Of a stretch of 64,000 nucleotides of DNA, positions 22,766 through 35,935 are shown piece after piece. Position 1 is the stretch's first letter. The number at the start of each line of letters is the position of its first letter. Where the stretch lies: the NCBI GenBank assembly GCA_000091205.1, contig AP006485.2, one strand, 5' to 3'. The notes beneath the pieces were generated by a model. It searched no databases and had not been told where the DNA came from. It saw only the letters and a program-made list of their open reading frames with translations. This stretch comes from Cyanidioschyzon merolae (lineage: Eukaryota). The translations under genes were made by a program, and so were the position numbers.

Positions 22766-23439
22766 CTGCTCCTTTTAGGGTTGAGGTTCGGTACACCGAG
22801 CTCGCGCTGGGCCTTGCGCTGCCCTTTAATCATACCTTCTTGTCGTTGCTTGCGAACCAGGCGCCGCATTCGTCGATTGTGCTCCGCCACTTTCCGCTGC
22901 ACTTTGTACTTGTGCTTTAGCGTTTCTCGTTTGCTATGGCGATGTGGTGCCATATCGCCGTCTTCTCAGAGCACGATTCGAGATTCCAGACGCACCTCTT
23001 TGGAAAAAGACCAATGCTGTACCGAGTCGGTGAAAATGCAAGCAACCGAGAAGCGCTGATAAAGGGATCGCAGCTGAGCAGTCCGCGACGCGAGGCCTAT
23101 CGTACATATGTGTCCATAAAAATACGTAAATGTACCTGTTATAACGAGTCCACACACCACCAATCGTGCGAGGGCGGATGCGCATTGCGTCATCCGCAAT
23201 GGCAACAGCGTTTGGCAAGCTGTCCCTTATATTCATTAAAATACATAAAGATACAGATAGGAACCACAGCGTCCAGGTTCATTTGTGGGAGCGCCCAGGG
23301 CGAAGCTCGCTTGACTCGAACTACGTTCTTCATACACTCCAGCATCGTACCAACTTGGCGGTGAAGGTGTATCCAGTACGCCCCGGTCCCTGCATCGGGC
23401 GAGCACTTTGATCCAGGATTTTTCAGCTCAAAGCCCTCG

Positions 23440-26295
23440 TTGTTGGACAGCTGTCACGCGCTTCAAGGAGGAGACACTGCTCCCGCAACGCTACTTGCAC
23501 TGATCACCTGGGTAAACGCCGCCTGTTGTGCTGCGCAGCCTCGACGCACCTGTGGCGGTGTTTGTCTAGTCCTTTTCCATTCGACATTGACTGAAACGGA
23601 CTTTCGCTCTGCCCAAATCGCCTACCGTGTTCGTGGAAACAAGTCTCTTCGTCGACACGAGGCTCTGACTGCGTCGCACGCTTCCATGCCGTGCGACGCA
23701 CAAGCGGGCCAGCGGCTTGTTCGGGCCCTGTCGCGAGCAGAGACTTGGGATACTCGGCGGGCTCTGCTGCAGACGCTGGTCTCTGAGCTTCGAGATACCG
23801 AGAGTGTCACTTTTTTCCTACAGGAAACGAAACTTCGCTCGGTGCTCGGCCAGCTAATCGAAAGGGCCTTGCGGGCAGCGCAGCCACACATCGTCGACCT
23901 ACTGGACCTGACGATGCAGGTGATTAAGTGCCTTGTCAAGTCGATGCAGAGAGAGGATGTGGTCGATTTTCTGGAGGAAAGCAAGTCTCTCGTTCACGGC
24001 CTTAAAGCGCTTCGAAAATTAGGACGCAGCAAAGGCGTTTCTGCGGAGAATTTCGTCGCTGACGCATCCGAAAAAGCCTGGGGCGAGCGACTTGCGACCT
24101 TGCGTGAGCAGGCTGCGAATATAATCGCTGAAATGGAACAGGTAGCTGGCCGAGAAAAACCCTCGACGCCATCAGCGCCCGAAGAAACACCAGAGGCAGG
24201 TGAGAGTCGTTCGCTACCGGTAGCCGTGCATGCACCAGTCCAAACAACCGATTCCAGTCACCCTGGTACCACTGAAGCATCTATTCACGCGAATGCAGAT
24301 GCGAGTAACGCTTCTGCAAAGGCCGCTGCATCCCAGGATGATACATCAGAGCCAGCACAGTCGACTGTTGGGGAACACGAAACGCCTCTGGCGGTCGGGG
24401 CGCTTTCGAGTTTCGCCTCGGCAGACGCGTCGATGAAAACGGGACGTAAGCGACCGCGTCCACGACCAGAACGTGACACAGCTTTGCCGGCTTTTACAAG
24501 CTCCTCTGATGAAGCTTCCCAAAGTGTTTCTGCTCGAGCTACGGAATCTGTAGGTACGCAGCCGACCGTCGACGTTAGTGACGCAGATGCGTCGCTCTTG
24601 CCACAACAAGCTTCAGCACACGTAACAGCAGCTCGAGCGGAGCGAATGCATCACTCCGATGCCCTCGAGACAACGTCACCACCTGGAGCAACAATACCCG
24701 AGCGATGTGCGAACGAAGCAACGCATCATGTACCTACACCTACCGTGCGCGATGCAGGTCACACCGGCGATATCGCCGAAAAGGAAGCATCATCAGCCGA
24801 ATCAACATCATTCGTAGCACCAGAAGAGGCAGCAGCAACTTGTGCGATAACCAATCGATCTGCGAAGCGAGCGAAAATGGAGGCTCCGCGTCCAGCCCTT
24901 CGGATCCGAACATCCGCTGACGCATCATCGACGAAACTTGCTCGAAAACCTGCATCAAAGCGTGTTCATTTCGCCCCAGAGCCTGTGCTTGTGCAAGTCT
25001 ATGCCTTTGAATATATTCCCGACGAGCGCACGCATGCCCCTGTGAACCTCGCTGGCATCGTGTCTGATACCGATGAACCGGCATTGGACGGGGAATCAGG
25101 TGCGACGAGTGCGACCAAAGAGCGATCGACGCACGCTCCAGGCAATGGATTCTCAGAGGTCGTAGAGGAGGGTCGTCTCATGCAAAAGAAACGCCAACAT
25201 CGCCAGAAAGTTCTTGCTGAAATGCGGGAGGATGCGACATTCTACCCGCCGCCACATGTCGAGAGTTCCTGTCCGCTGGGAGCAGCTGGCGAATGCGAGC
25301 AGCTGTCCGACGTTCTCGCCAACGGCTCTACTGTTGGATGCGTTCCACGCAACGCGGACAGTCATCAAAGCGGTACCATTGGAGTCGTTTCGCCTGGGTC
25401 GCTATCGTCCGGTGTGCCCGACGAACCGATGCCGCCGTCGCCACCTCGTGAGCGCTCGCTCGACAGGCAGACACCACCACCGAGCCTGCGGGTGATTCCA
25501 GAGTATCGCGTGGAGCATCCAGCTCCAACCTCGTTTTCCTACACACCGGCAGGGGCGCTTGCACCGGCGGGAACACCAGAAGCGACCGTATCTGCACCAG
25601 CGGCTGCCACGACTGCAAACCTATTGACATCGTTCCACGGGACACGAGGCCCAAGTACGCTGGATCCAACGCGATTGCAAACGAAGCCCTCGGATCGGAT
25701 ACAGCCGCCTCACCTGGAGACCAGCCTCTGGTCAGCGATTCCACCGAATACGAGCGGCACGCCTGTTTCGGCTACATCGCAAGGCCAGCATACCGACCTA
25801 TTGCAGCGCAATCAGATAGATGAGGCTATCTTGCAGCATTTCCTGCTCGTGAAAGACGAAGAGACCCGTTTACAATTACTTTGTGATGAAAATGTCCTGC
25901 GAGTAGTCCAAAAGTACGCGGAAGAGAAACAGCGAGAGGCGGCTTTGCAGCACGCACATGGCTACCGCCATGCGAACGCAGCACCCGGTAACCAGTGGAG
26001 CGGTTATCCAGCACCGGCACCGGCACCAGCACCAGCACCACTAGCGGCAGCGTTTCCTGCACTGACTCCTCAACAGGCTCCGTTCCCGGTGTTGAATGGC
26101 ATGCCATCGGACCCGATCGGCTATCACGGATTCGTTTCGCCAGCGCTGCGAAGAGAGACCGCCAGCTCCGCTGCGTACGCTCAAGCGACTGGGGTGAACA
26201 ACGACTCCGCACCTATTTGCAAGTACCACTTGCGCGGTTATTGCAGACGCGGTAAGTGGTGTCGCTTCCGGCATATATCGCCGGACAAGCCATAG
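23440..26295 (+). CDS. Low-complexity nuclear protein with a C-terminal CCCH zinc finger; the N-terminal helical region is TFIIS-N-like (PNUTS-like architecture, speculative)
   Basis: The 951-aa ORF ends with CKYHLRGYCRRGKWCRFRH (C-x7-C-x5-C-x3-H). Most of the body is Ala/Ser/Pro/Thr-rich with a PAPAPAPAPAP tract. The segment near residue 80 (MPCDAQAGQRLVRALSRAETWDTRRALLQTLVSELRD...VDLLDLTMQVIKCLVKSMQ) is a helical bundle resembling a TFIIS N-terminal domain. The annotated start is probably too far upstream. Confidence 0.5.
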   Translation: MLDSCHALQGGDTAPATLLALITWVNAACCAAQPRRTCGGVCLVLFHSTLTETDFRSAQIAYRVRGNKSLRRHEALTASHASMPCDAQAGQRLVRALSRAETWDTRRALLQTLVSELRDTESVTFFLQETKLRSVLGQLIERALRAAQPHIVDLLDLTMQVIKCLVKSMQREDVVDFLEESKSLVHGLKALRKLGRSKGVSAENFVADASEKAWGERLATLREQAANIIAEMEQVAGREKPSTPSAPEETPEAGESRSLPVAVHAPVQTTDSSHPGTTEASIHANADASNASAKAAASQDDTSEPAQSTVGEHETPLAVGALSSFASADASMKTGRKRPRPRPERDTALPAFTSSSDEASQSVSARATESVGTQPTVDVSDADASLLPQQASAHVTAARAERMHHSDALETTSPPGATIPERCANEATHHVPTPTVRDAGHTGDIAEKEASSAESTSFVAPEEAAATCAITNRSAKRAKMEAPRPALRIRTSADASSTKLARKPASKRVHFAPEPVLVQVYAFEYIPDERTHAPVNLAGIVSDTDEPALDGESGATSATKERSTHAPGNGFSEVVEEGRLMQKKRQHRQKVLAEMREDATFYPPPHVESSCPLGAAGECEQLSDVLANGSTVGCVPRNADSHQSGTIGVVSPGSLSSGVPDEPMPPSPPRERSLDRQTPPPSLRVIPEYRVEHPAPTSFSYTPAGALAPAGTPEATVSAPAAATTANLLTSFHGTRGPSTLDPTRLQTKPSDRIQPPHLETSLWSAIPPNTSGTPVSATSQGQHTDLLQRNQIDEAILQHFLLVKDEETRLQLLCDENVLRVVQKYAEEKQREAALQHAHGYRHANAAPGNQWSGYPAPAPAPAPAPLAAAFPALTPQQAPFPVLNGMPSDPIGYHGFVSPALRRETASSAAYAQATGVNNDSAPICKYHLRGYCRRGKWCRFRHISPDKP

Positions 26296-29200
26296 GCGAG
26301 CAAGGCATGAGCTTCCCCACAGACGCGGCGATTTCGAACCATGGAATATCTTTATCGTTCAACGCCTGCCCGCGAGCACCGTTCCCAGTATGTATATTTG
26401 GCGGTCCAGTGTTTCTGAAATGCGGACTCCTACCATATCCATGACCTACTCTTAAGGGGAGTATCCAATCAATCGACGCTACCCCGGCGGATGAATGTTT
26501 TCACGACAGGAGTTTTCACGGGTTTCAGCATGATTCGCAGACTAAGCACGAAATCATATGTTAGGAGTTTCGCTCTGTACAAAACTGCTGGTCGCTCCGC
26601 ACGCACGAAACATCTCCAGATATTCATAGAGACTCCGATATTTCGGTGCAGAACGTGCTCGCACCTGTGGCTGCCAGTGGCATCATTCCAAAGCGTGCCT
26701 GTCATTGTCGATTGCCCCGTTATCTGAGGTTCAGTCAGCATCCGCTGTACCATGATGTGCTTCGGTCTCTGCTTCTCGCGCGTCTGCTTCGCTGTCCGCT
26801 TCACCGGGCACCCTGACTCGTGAAGCGCGTACGTCGACCCAGACGCATCGCTGGGAATCGTGCCGCATCCATGTGCATCCACAGTTGTACGCTCTCGTGG
26901 ATGGAGCAGGAGTGCAGCCTTGGCATGCTATAGCGCATCGATTGCTCTGTGGTATCACGAAACGACACGATACGAACGATCGAAGGTTTCCTTTCCCGTC
27001 GCATGAAAAGTGTTGGTGAATGCACGCTTGTCGCCTGGGTAGAACTGGAACCGGTGGCGACCCAGCGCTGTCTCATTGACTCTTGCCGGAGATCGTCCGT
27101 ATGCGCCATTTTGGACGTCTCGGGATGCTCTAGGTGAAGCATCCGAAGCACTGGTGTCGGCGCGAGACTGTACGCAGAGCGTCGAGCTGCAGGATGGGTG
27201 GCTAGGGGCTATGGCGCCTCTGCTGCATCTCCTGGTATGCCGCATGGCGTTTATGACGCTCGACTCTCGATGACGGTGCGCTCTGGGAAACTCGAGCCGC
27301 TTCATCTGCTTTCACCCAGGATGCAAGGCTCTGTCCTTTTGATCAATACCTATGGCGACGGGCACGACACGCCCACACAAGTAGGCATCCAAAGTCCTTC
27401 TCCAGTACTACCTCGAAGGGTGGAACGTGATTCTCGAGTTTCGATGTAGGCATAGGTTTCAAAAAGGGCATGCACAGGGATATGAGGTCGCTTTCGATTT
27501 TCGATGTAAGCATCTTTCCATTTCCTCCATGTACTCGATAAATCTTACACAAACTCCGCCGACGCTCTTCTGCCGAGTTGCTCGAATGCTTCGTAGTTGA
27601 TCGCAGAGACCAACCGGCGCTCTCTGTGGAAGCCATGCACGACATACTTCTCTTTCATGATGAAATGGGCTTTGCTGTTACGCATGGGGATCACGTCGAA
27701 TAGAAGCTTGCAGAGGCGAGCACGATTGGATTCGGAGGAAGGGTCTTTTGCAGACTGCCCTGTTCAGTACATTCTTGTGGCGCAAGATTTAAGTCTTGGT
27801 TGCATCACGTCTCAACCATCATACAGGCATGACGTCGATCGGTCCGAGTCAGAGAGCAGCACGATGAGCCTGGACGATCTAAGGTTGCATTCGCGCTCTT
27901 GCTGCTGCATCTCTTCCGAACTGGCTGGCAACTCGAGCTCGGTCGCTGCCAGCTCGTCGGTTGTCTTCATGGATATCAATTAGGAACCCGTTGGATCTGT
28001 TCCCAGTTTTCTGGACCAGTGAGGTTAGGGCACCAGGTTCCAGTTCGCGATTCATGAAGCAGTCGAGACTGATCTGCACGAGATGTTTAAGACTTATTTG
28101 GTACTTATCGGGTGCCGCGCTCCCGCGTACATTCGAATCAACGAAACGGAGCACCGATGCACCAAGATACCACCGGGAACCTGCACCCATATGTCTGATC
28201 CGAGAACCAGGCCGTGCTGCATCTTCTGTCCCGAATATCCGTTTTCTCTGGGTGCGAATATTTGATCGAAACATTCCCGAGGGATATGAATAGCTGGCAG
28301 CCCTGCGTCCCGAATGCTTACGACCATTTTTGCCCGACGAGAAGCGTGCAGCCGGCAGCAGCTCAACGAGACATCCACAAGTACGATTCCATGCGATCGT
28401 TCATGGCGCTCGACATCCTCGGTTATCATCGAAGCGAGCGGCTCGTCAATTGATCAGTACGCATCAAAATAGCGTTTGACACCAAAGGAGACGCCGCCGG
28501 CAATTATGACCTAGGAAGCACATGGTGGTACGGGTCGCAGCTCAACACCAATATCCGTTGTGTCATCTTGGAACGTTTTAGAGGAGTCCGAAAAGACGTT
28601 GTGCAAGAGCCGGAGAAGAGAATCTGGTGATTTCACGTATCGAAGTGTCCTTCGACATAGGATACGACGTTGAATGATCCTGTCGATCCAGCAGTTGCAG
28701 GTGAATGCTTCATGGTGTCGCCGCCAGCGCAAATGTTGTCGACATGCCCGCTGCCCTCTTGTCTACGAACTGCAGTCTGGCCCTTCTTTGATGATCCATG
28801 TACAAGTCTAGCATTTGTCCCAAATGAAATCACATCGAATGAGACGGTGATTCATCCGTCCCGTTCAAAGCGCTCGCGTATCAGTCCTCGGTCGATGGTG
28901 CACTGTTCATGATGCAGCGGTTTCGAGTAGTGGCGTGCCCTCTTCTTCTTTGCCTCGTATCTCTTCATCACCTTTCGTATCAACAGTACGTGAACTTGAT
29001 ATTCTGTGCCTTTATTGGCAGTGTTTCGTCGCGATCATGTAGAAACCGGATACTCCGTGATTGTGACAATCGTCTAGCTATATTCTCAAGAGTTCTCTCG
29101 GGGATACACGACATTCGGAATACGGACAACGGTATATACGGTTCGTCCAGGTGCTCGGCGTCGAGCAATGGACTTGTACATCCAAGACGATTTCTAGCAA

Positions 29201-30332
29201 GCTAATTGTGATAGTAGAAGACTGCTCGCGACTTTTCACCAATTTACAGGGTATATTCCCCTTTATTGGATACCTACGAGAGGAACAAATAGTTACACGT
29301 TTCGCGTACTGGTACAGAAATTCCAGAACTCAATGCTCCGCGTACCATACGATCCCGAGCAGAGCCCGACAGGTATCAAGAAGCTCAGACTCGACGTACT
29401 TCAAAGCGTGCGCCTTTCAAGAGGCTGCTGAGCATGACATCGAGGCGTCTGAGCACCACAATGCGCGCTGGTCGCCAAGCAAAAGCGCTGCGCTTCAGCG
29501 ACGCAGCACCTATGTTGCGTCGTTGCAAGCCAGCTACCCGCTGAGGCATTGCTTCGACATGCAAAGATTTCGATCGATCTGTACAACTGAGAAAACACGC
29601 AATCCATCGACGCGTGTCTTTTGGATGTGCTCGAAAACGTGCTCGTTCTTTTGCGAGTCGCAAATGAGTGCATCGATGCTCCAGCGCAGATTAGCACCCA
29701 TAACCGATAGTCATCCACTTGATCTAGTCGGATCGCGTGCACCTAACGGATACGCCATTTGAAGCATGCGCTGTGCGCGCTCTTCCATGCCGGCAGTTGC
29801 TGCGCGCTTTTATAGTAGGGCGGCTCGCGTGCACGGACACGGGGGCACTTGCGCGACACTCGGTACGCCTGGAAGCAACCCCTCTAGTGTCAACGTATAT
29901 CCCTGTGCGGAGTGTGCTTTCGTCGTGGCGCTTCTGGCGGGGCAAGCGCAGCGAATTCACGAGCTCGGGTCGTGTACAGGCGCCGCCTCGCGCACTTCAA
30001 ACGAAGCTTCGTGTTTGAACTTGTATGCATGTGCTGTCTCGGCGACGGAGACGATACTGCAACGCAGCAATCTGGCTTCACGAGGAGTTTCTTCGTGGCA
30101 TCCAGCGGAGTACTGAGTGGGCTTTGCGCTTCACTCGATGCACAGGGCATCAGTTCGCGTGCACACGCCCCTCAGCCTTCACATTCGAGCGTGCGTTTCA
30201 TCAACGACACGCGTTCAAGAAGTACCAATGCCCGTGTGCTGTGTAGATTTTCGCAAGGTTCAAACACGGAAATTCCGTGACGATTTCGACACTATTGTCC
30301 ACATGGCAAGCATACTGGCACTCTGCATGCTT

Positions 30333-32096
30333 CTAAAGAATTGAATCTTGATCATTTTGCAGCTGTAGCTGCCGTTGCTGCTTCAGGCGACGAGCTTCCT
30401 GTCGAGCCTGGCGACGTAGTTGTTCAGATCGCATTCCCGGGCGCCGGCTCTTTCTCGAAACGCTGGTTCCCGAGGAAAGCGCCAGCTCATTACTGTTTGC
30501 CACCAGCGGGCTAGCATCCCTGCTAGTCGACTGCGCGCTCCCCATAAACGCTAACCCAAACAAATCCCGGAGGAACGGGTTGCCCTCAAGCTGGACAGTC
30601 AGTGCTCGCCCACATGCTCGACGCAGAGCATCTAACTGCCGTCGTTGCGCCCAAGTCCTGGCTTGCAGACGTTCCTGCGCTCGTCCGCGGCGAAGCGAAA
30701 GCGTCTCTATTCCAGAACGTTGCGTTGCAGCGCGTTCAACCAGACGCAGCAGTGAGCGGTTGCGCTTCCCAAGCCGATAGCGCTGGGCACCAACCGTGAA
30801 TGCGACGCGTTCCAGAGCCCTGTCAAGCTTGTCGATACCCGCGGAAGTTATCGTCGACGACGACGACGAAGAAGAAGAAGAAGAAGAAGAAGATGATGAT
30901 GATGACGAAGAACAAGGTGGTGAATCCCGGCATTCCGAAGATGCTGACGATTCGCCCGCCTGGAAAGAGCCCTCGGCTGCATCGACATGGAGACGCGCTT
31001 CTCGATCTGCCTCAGCGAATGCAGCCACAGCATCAACATCATCGTCTGTGTGATCGTTGTCCATATGATGAGCAGGTATATTGGATCCAAATACCCCGGA
31101 ATCGGTTCCTTGAGAGTGCTCCAACAACAACGCTATGGCTTCTGTTGCCGCTAAACAGGTCTCCTTCGGTGTGGATGTGCTTTTCCAGTCACCTTGGACG
31201 GCGTGCAACTCGAGCCACTGGCGTAACGGACGCGCTTTTAACTGGGTCCGTATCACCTCCGATGGACAGGCACTCGCTAACAGTGACCATCCCCGAATAG
31301 CGGCCGCTACAACCTGGTCGAACGCGCTCGACTCGCCAAGACGCTGTTTCGTTTCACCAGTTGACAGGTCGCTCGGCGACGTATCCTGCCCGAACCAGCT
31401 TTCTAAACGCTGCATCAGCGCTACCAATGCAACTGAATCAGATGAAGCCAAAAAACGCAACAGACTCACCGTCTCTATGACACAGACTTGCCACTGAACC
31501 CACTCGGGGTCCGGTCGAGGCGCACTGCGTTCACTCGCTTCGAGCAAGACCTGCTCGAAACGTGTTCGCTGCAGGAGCGCCTCAACTGTTTCAGTGTCAG
31601 TGGTGCTTGCCACAAGCGTCAATACGCTTGTACCAATGAGTCGACAGACTTCGCGTTTCTCCCAGAGCGACCCTCGTCGCAGCGGGCCTCGCAAGGCCTG
31701 CTCCACGAGCTGCTCACAGCGTGTCTCCGACCAGAGGTCGGTACGGAGTCCCAGGTCCGTCAGCTGCCGTGCCCTATGGAGCGCTGCTTCTCGTAGCCAG
31801 CGCCGTTTGTCCGTTAGACTGTCAATGCACTCGTCTAGGGCTTCAGACTCGCTCGTCAGCACGCAGCCTCGGTCGAGGATGCTTACCAGCATGTTTTCAG
31901 AGGTGCCAGTGCCCCTGAGAGACGACGCCGAGGCGTTGCTCGAATAGGAGGCGTTCCAGGAGTCACTTGAGCAGTCCAGTGGTGTTTCCTCGCCATTCGT
32001 GTCGTTTGGAGGCGTCATGGTCTCTGTTTTGTCCGAATGCCGTCGACGTCGTTGGTCGGTCTCCTTTCGGTTCCGGGCTTGCCGCCGTGGAGCCAT
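30333..32096 (-). CDS. Hypothetical protein with an internal poly-Ser(18) tract
   Basis: The 587-aa ORF is much longer than any overlapping frame. The codon-repeat region 30841-30910 (GAC/GAA/GAT on plus) encodes SSSSSSSSSSSSSSSSSS on minus. The N- and C-terminal ends are basic and Arg/Gln-rich. No family assigned. Confidence 0.45.
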   Translation of the reverse strand: MAPRRQARNRKETDQRRRRHSDKTETMTPPNDTNGEETPLDCSSDSWNASYSSNASASSLRGTGTSENMLVSILDRGCVLTSESEALDECIDSLTDKRRWLREAALHRARQLTDLGLRTDLWSETRCEQLVEQALRGPLRRGSLWEKREVCRLIGTSVLTLVASTTDTETVEALLQRTRFEQVLLEASERSAPRPDPEWVQWQVCVIETVSLLRFLASSDSVALVALMQRLESWFGQDTSPSDLSTGETKQRLGESSAFDQVVAAAIRGWSLLASACPSEVIRTQLKARPLRQWLELHAVQGDWKSTSTPKETCLAATEAIALLLEHSQGTDSGVFGSNIPAHHMDNDHTDDDVDAVAAFAEADREARLHVDAAEGSFQAGESSASSECRDSPPCSSSSSSSSSSSSSSSSSSSTITSAGIDKLDRALERVAFTVGAQRYRLGKRNRSLLRLVERAATQRSGIETLSLRRGRAQERLQARTWAQRRQLDALRRACGRALTVQLEGNPFLRDLFGLAFMGSAQSTSRDASPLVANSNELALSSGTSVSRKSRRPGMRSEQLRRQARQEARRLKQQRQLQLQNDQDSIL

Positions 32097-33139
32097 CGCT
32101 CTCCTCTCACTGCAGTACCCTAGAGTCGCTCGCGCACTGTACAGAATACTTAACTCTTTGGTGGCTACTTCTCCAGGTCAGAACAAGAATAAAACACCTA
32201 GGAAACAGTTGAAAGCGAAGTTCGGTTACGGAGTGCGGCACAAGTCTGGACGATGAACCTTCGTCCGAATGGTGGCGTTCCAAGCAGGAGCTTCGTTCAT
32301 CGATGTATTGTTGTCAAGTGAACGTCTTGGTTTACGTACGAGAAGTATCTTATAGTGTAGTTTTGAGAAATTGAGGTGCTTGTCTGTAATTCGAGGGGCA
32401 CTGAACGATCACAAGTTCACATACGCGACGGACGAGTGCGGTCAGGTACTGGAAACGAGTGCTTTTAGCGGGTAACGACGAGGGAGCAAGTTCCCGAACC
32501 TGCTGCGACGCGTGCTGGTGTCCTTAATGCGCTCCCTAGACAAGGAACTATAGGAGGTCATGGGAAGACTTGCGATCCAAGTGGTACGAGCGTCAAGCGC
32601 TTACTTACAGCCTCGTCACTTTTCTGCTACGCGACTCAAGGGGTAGTGGGGCTTTCTTCAAAGTCTCATCGTTCTCTACACGCTGCATCACAGGAAGCTG
32701 TACCGGGTCGTGCGGTTATGGATCAAACCTAGGAAAGGTAACAGCTGAAAGCTAGAACAAACAGTAGCTCGTGAGGCAGTTATACACGAGCCGTGTTCCA
32801 AGTAGCCTGCACGCGTGCGTCAGTGGACAAGGGATAAAACGGCTTGCGCAGCAACTCCAGCGAACTCGCTTGCTTCTCGCGATGTTCAAGAATCATTCAA
32901 TCTCGAGCGTTCTGAAACATTCGAACACGTCTCCACTCATTGCGGTAGCAGAGGCGCTGCACCAGTCCACGTCGCTGGACACCGGTATCTTCCACCGTAT
33001 CTCATGCGCTTCCCTTTACCCATCGATGTGAGAAAAGCGCTCCACAATGCGTTAGGATTTCACGAAAAGCACCTAGCGCCACAGCATGTCGACTAATTTA
33101 CCTCCTCTTGTCGAGAATGTAGCTCATTTCGCAGATGTC

Positions 33140-35904
33140 CTAGTCGTAGGCGACGAGCCTCTTCAATATGCTGCGCAGCGTTCGACAACGTACTGGCCAG
33201 TGAGGATCCGCAGTGGTGCTGGTGCTGGTGCTGGTGCTGGTGCTGGTGCTGGTGCTGGTGTCTCTTCCAGGGCCCATCAGGGACGCAAAATAAGCCGACA
33301 ACACCTTCTCCGTCTGCTGCCGAAAGCTCCGCAACAAGACAGCCGTTCGTGCAGCACAACGAAAGCGGATCCAACCATCAACGATAACCCGCTGAGCTTC
33401 GTGTTCAATACGGATATCGCGGCCGCTGAAAAGCAACACGGCAAAGACAGGTACAGCGCTTACCTGCTGTACAAAAGCACGACTCGTAGTGACCCGCTGG
33501 GCGTAGGTAAACCACCGGACTGCGTGAGATGACAGCTGCTGCCGCTGCTCCTCGCTACGTTCCAGACGTACCAACGATGACGGGTGCAGCCACACCGGGG
33601 TATTGGTTTCGTCAAAGAGTTGCCATGTGGTTGAATTCGGTGTCGCTCCATTCCCGTGCTTCGCAGAAGATGTATCCTTCTGCTGCTTTCCACTCACTGG
33701 GGTCGCTCGCAACAGTTGCGGCACCAGTGCTGCGTATAGGACTGCTCGGTGGATCCGTTGATGCTGTTCGTTTTCGTGCCAGTCGATGGGCCCTGGCTCG
33801 AGTCCAATGTCGTCGAGCGTTCGCTCCAGAGAAAGTCGTGTCTGTTGAATTTGTTCCATGACGCGTTCGGAGAGTGCATTCTGTGCGAGGAACGCAGCCA
33901 ACGCCCCTTTCCCCGCAGAGGCCGCCTGTGCGCACAGCGTCTGCCACTGCTGCCAAACGTAAACCGCACTTGCTATATCGCTATCGAATGAGCTGTAGGC
34001 CTCTAAGCGATGCCTCTGGATGAGACTTGAGCCACCGCCAGTGATGCGCGCAAAAGGTGAACCTTCGATCAGAACCGCTGCAGCAGTGAGACTCCAGGAC
34101 AAACAGCCAAATATGGCTCCGTAGAGGAGCAACTTGCCCACAGTCGGATCCAACGGCAGTGCGGAGAGGATGCACCCCAGGGGCGTGCATTCCAGATCCT
34201 TCAGCGACGACGACAACGACGACAACGACCAGAGTTCCGCGCTAGGACCCGTTTCCCCGTTCAGCGTTCGAGGCAAGTGCTGCGTTGCACTCGATGCTCC
34301 CGCGGGGACGTCTCCCGAGGCCTCATCGTGGACGACGACTGCGTCGCGCCTCGTCTTTTGCGCAGCAACCTTGATGCCGTTCGCCGTCCATGCAAGCCCA
34401 GATGCGGCAAGCATATCACCTGACGATAACTGCAGAGCGCCCATTTGCCACAGTCGCACGATTGCTGCCTCTGTGTGTGCCTGCGGTGGTGCCGTCATCA
34501 TCTCGCGTTGCAGCAGCTGCACAACCTGCTCGAGGCTGTGACGCGCTCCACGCTCTGCAGTCGACCAGCCGAGCAGCCAGAGGATCCAGCGCTCCAGCGG
34601 CGTGCGTACCAGTTCAGGTTCAGTGTCCTCTGGGAGATGCTTCAACCAGAAGGGATCACGTGGTATCAGTCGCCAGCAGATACCGGCGGTTACACGGCCA
34701 GCTCGTCCAGCCCGCTGTGCCGCAGACGCTTTGGAGCACCAGGACTCGCGCAACTGGAGCGCACCCCGGGTAGCGGGTTGCATCTGCAGACTCCGCACTC
34801 GACACGTGTCGATGACTGCAACAACATCCGGAACGGTAATGCTCGACTCGGCAACATTGGTTGCACATATGACTTTGCGTTGCTGTAGCGGATCCGGTGC
34901 TTCCGCGAAGACACGTTCCTGTTCGACGGCGGTTTGATTGGCGTGCAGCGGCAACGCCCAAAACGATGCTACTCCTCGGGCTTGAAAAGTGCTCGACAGC
35001 TCAGCGTCTGGGCGATGCGCGCTGCTACGACCTCCCAGTCGATGCAGTCGCCGACACAGCTGTTCGGTTTCCACGACGCCCGGCAAGAACACCAGAATAG
35101 CTCCGCGTTTCCCGGATCCACAGCGTGCTTCCTGAGCGCTCAGCTCCTCGTCTAAGCGTCGTACTACGAACTCGACTAGGGCCAGGGATGCTCCTTTGAC
35201 GCTGCTGAACCCCAGCGGTGTCCATTGTTGGGCGTCGGACGCAGCGCAGGACTCCTCGTCTGCGGGGTCGACGTTTTCGCCCCAGGTACCAGCAGCAGTG
35301 CTTCCCGACGCTTGGCGTTCCGCACTACGCTCTGGATGCCGTCCAAACACGTCCGCAGCGTTGTTACTGGCAGCGTTCGCAGTTTCTTCGAGCTGAAGCG
35401 CATCGAGCATGGGCGAGAGCTTCGTTTCCGTATTAGCGCCGGCATCAAGTGCAAGATCCATCTCTGGCGTTCTCTGGGCGCTCGCTGCTGTCGCTTCCAA
35501 ACATCGTATCTGCTCCAGCGAGCGGGCATCGGTCGCTGCTAGCTGCTTCATGGACAATGGCTTGGTATGAGCGGCACCAGCACGACCTGCCCGATGATCA
35601 GCATCATCCGTAGGGTGCTGGTGAGCGCACCGCTTTGCCAGCTGGAACGCTTGCCAGGAGGCGGCATCCTTCGCTCCCGTGTCGAGCTCATGGTGCTCGT
35701 CCTGTTCACAGAGCGACACGACTTGCGCATCATCACAGACGTGAAGTATTGGATGAGCAATGGTGGTAGCGGAGCGTTCTACGGAAGCGGTACCATGCGC
35801 GCTACCGTTCCGCCAACTGGGTAGATCCTCAAGCCAACGAATCATCACCGGAAACGTGCGACCAGGTATCTGAAGGACTCGAAGAGTGCGTGGTGTTGAC
35901 GCAT

Positions 35905-35935
<31 letters not shown>

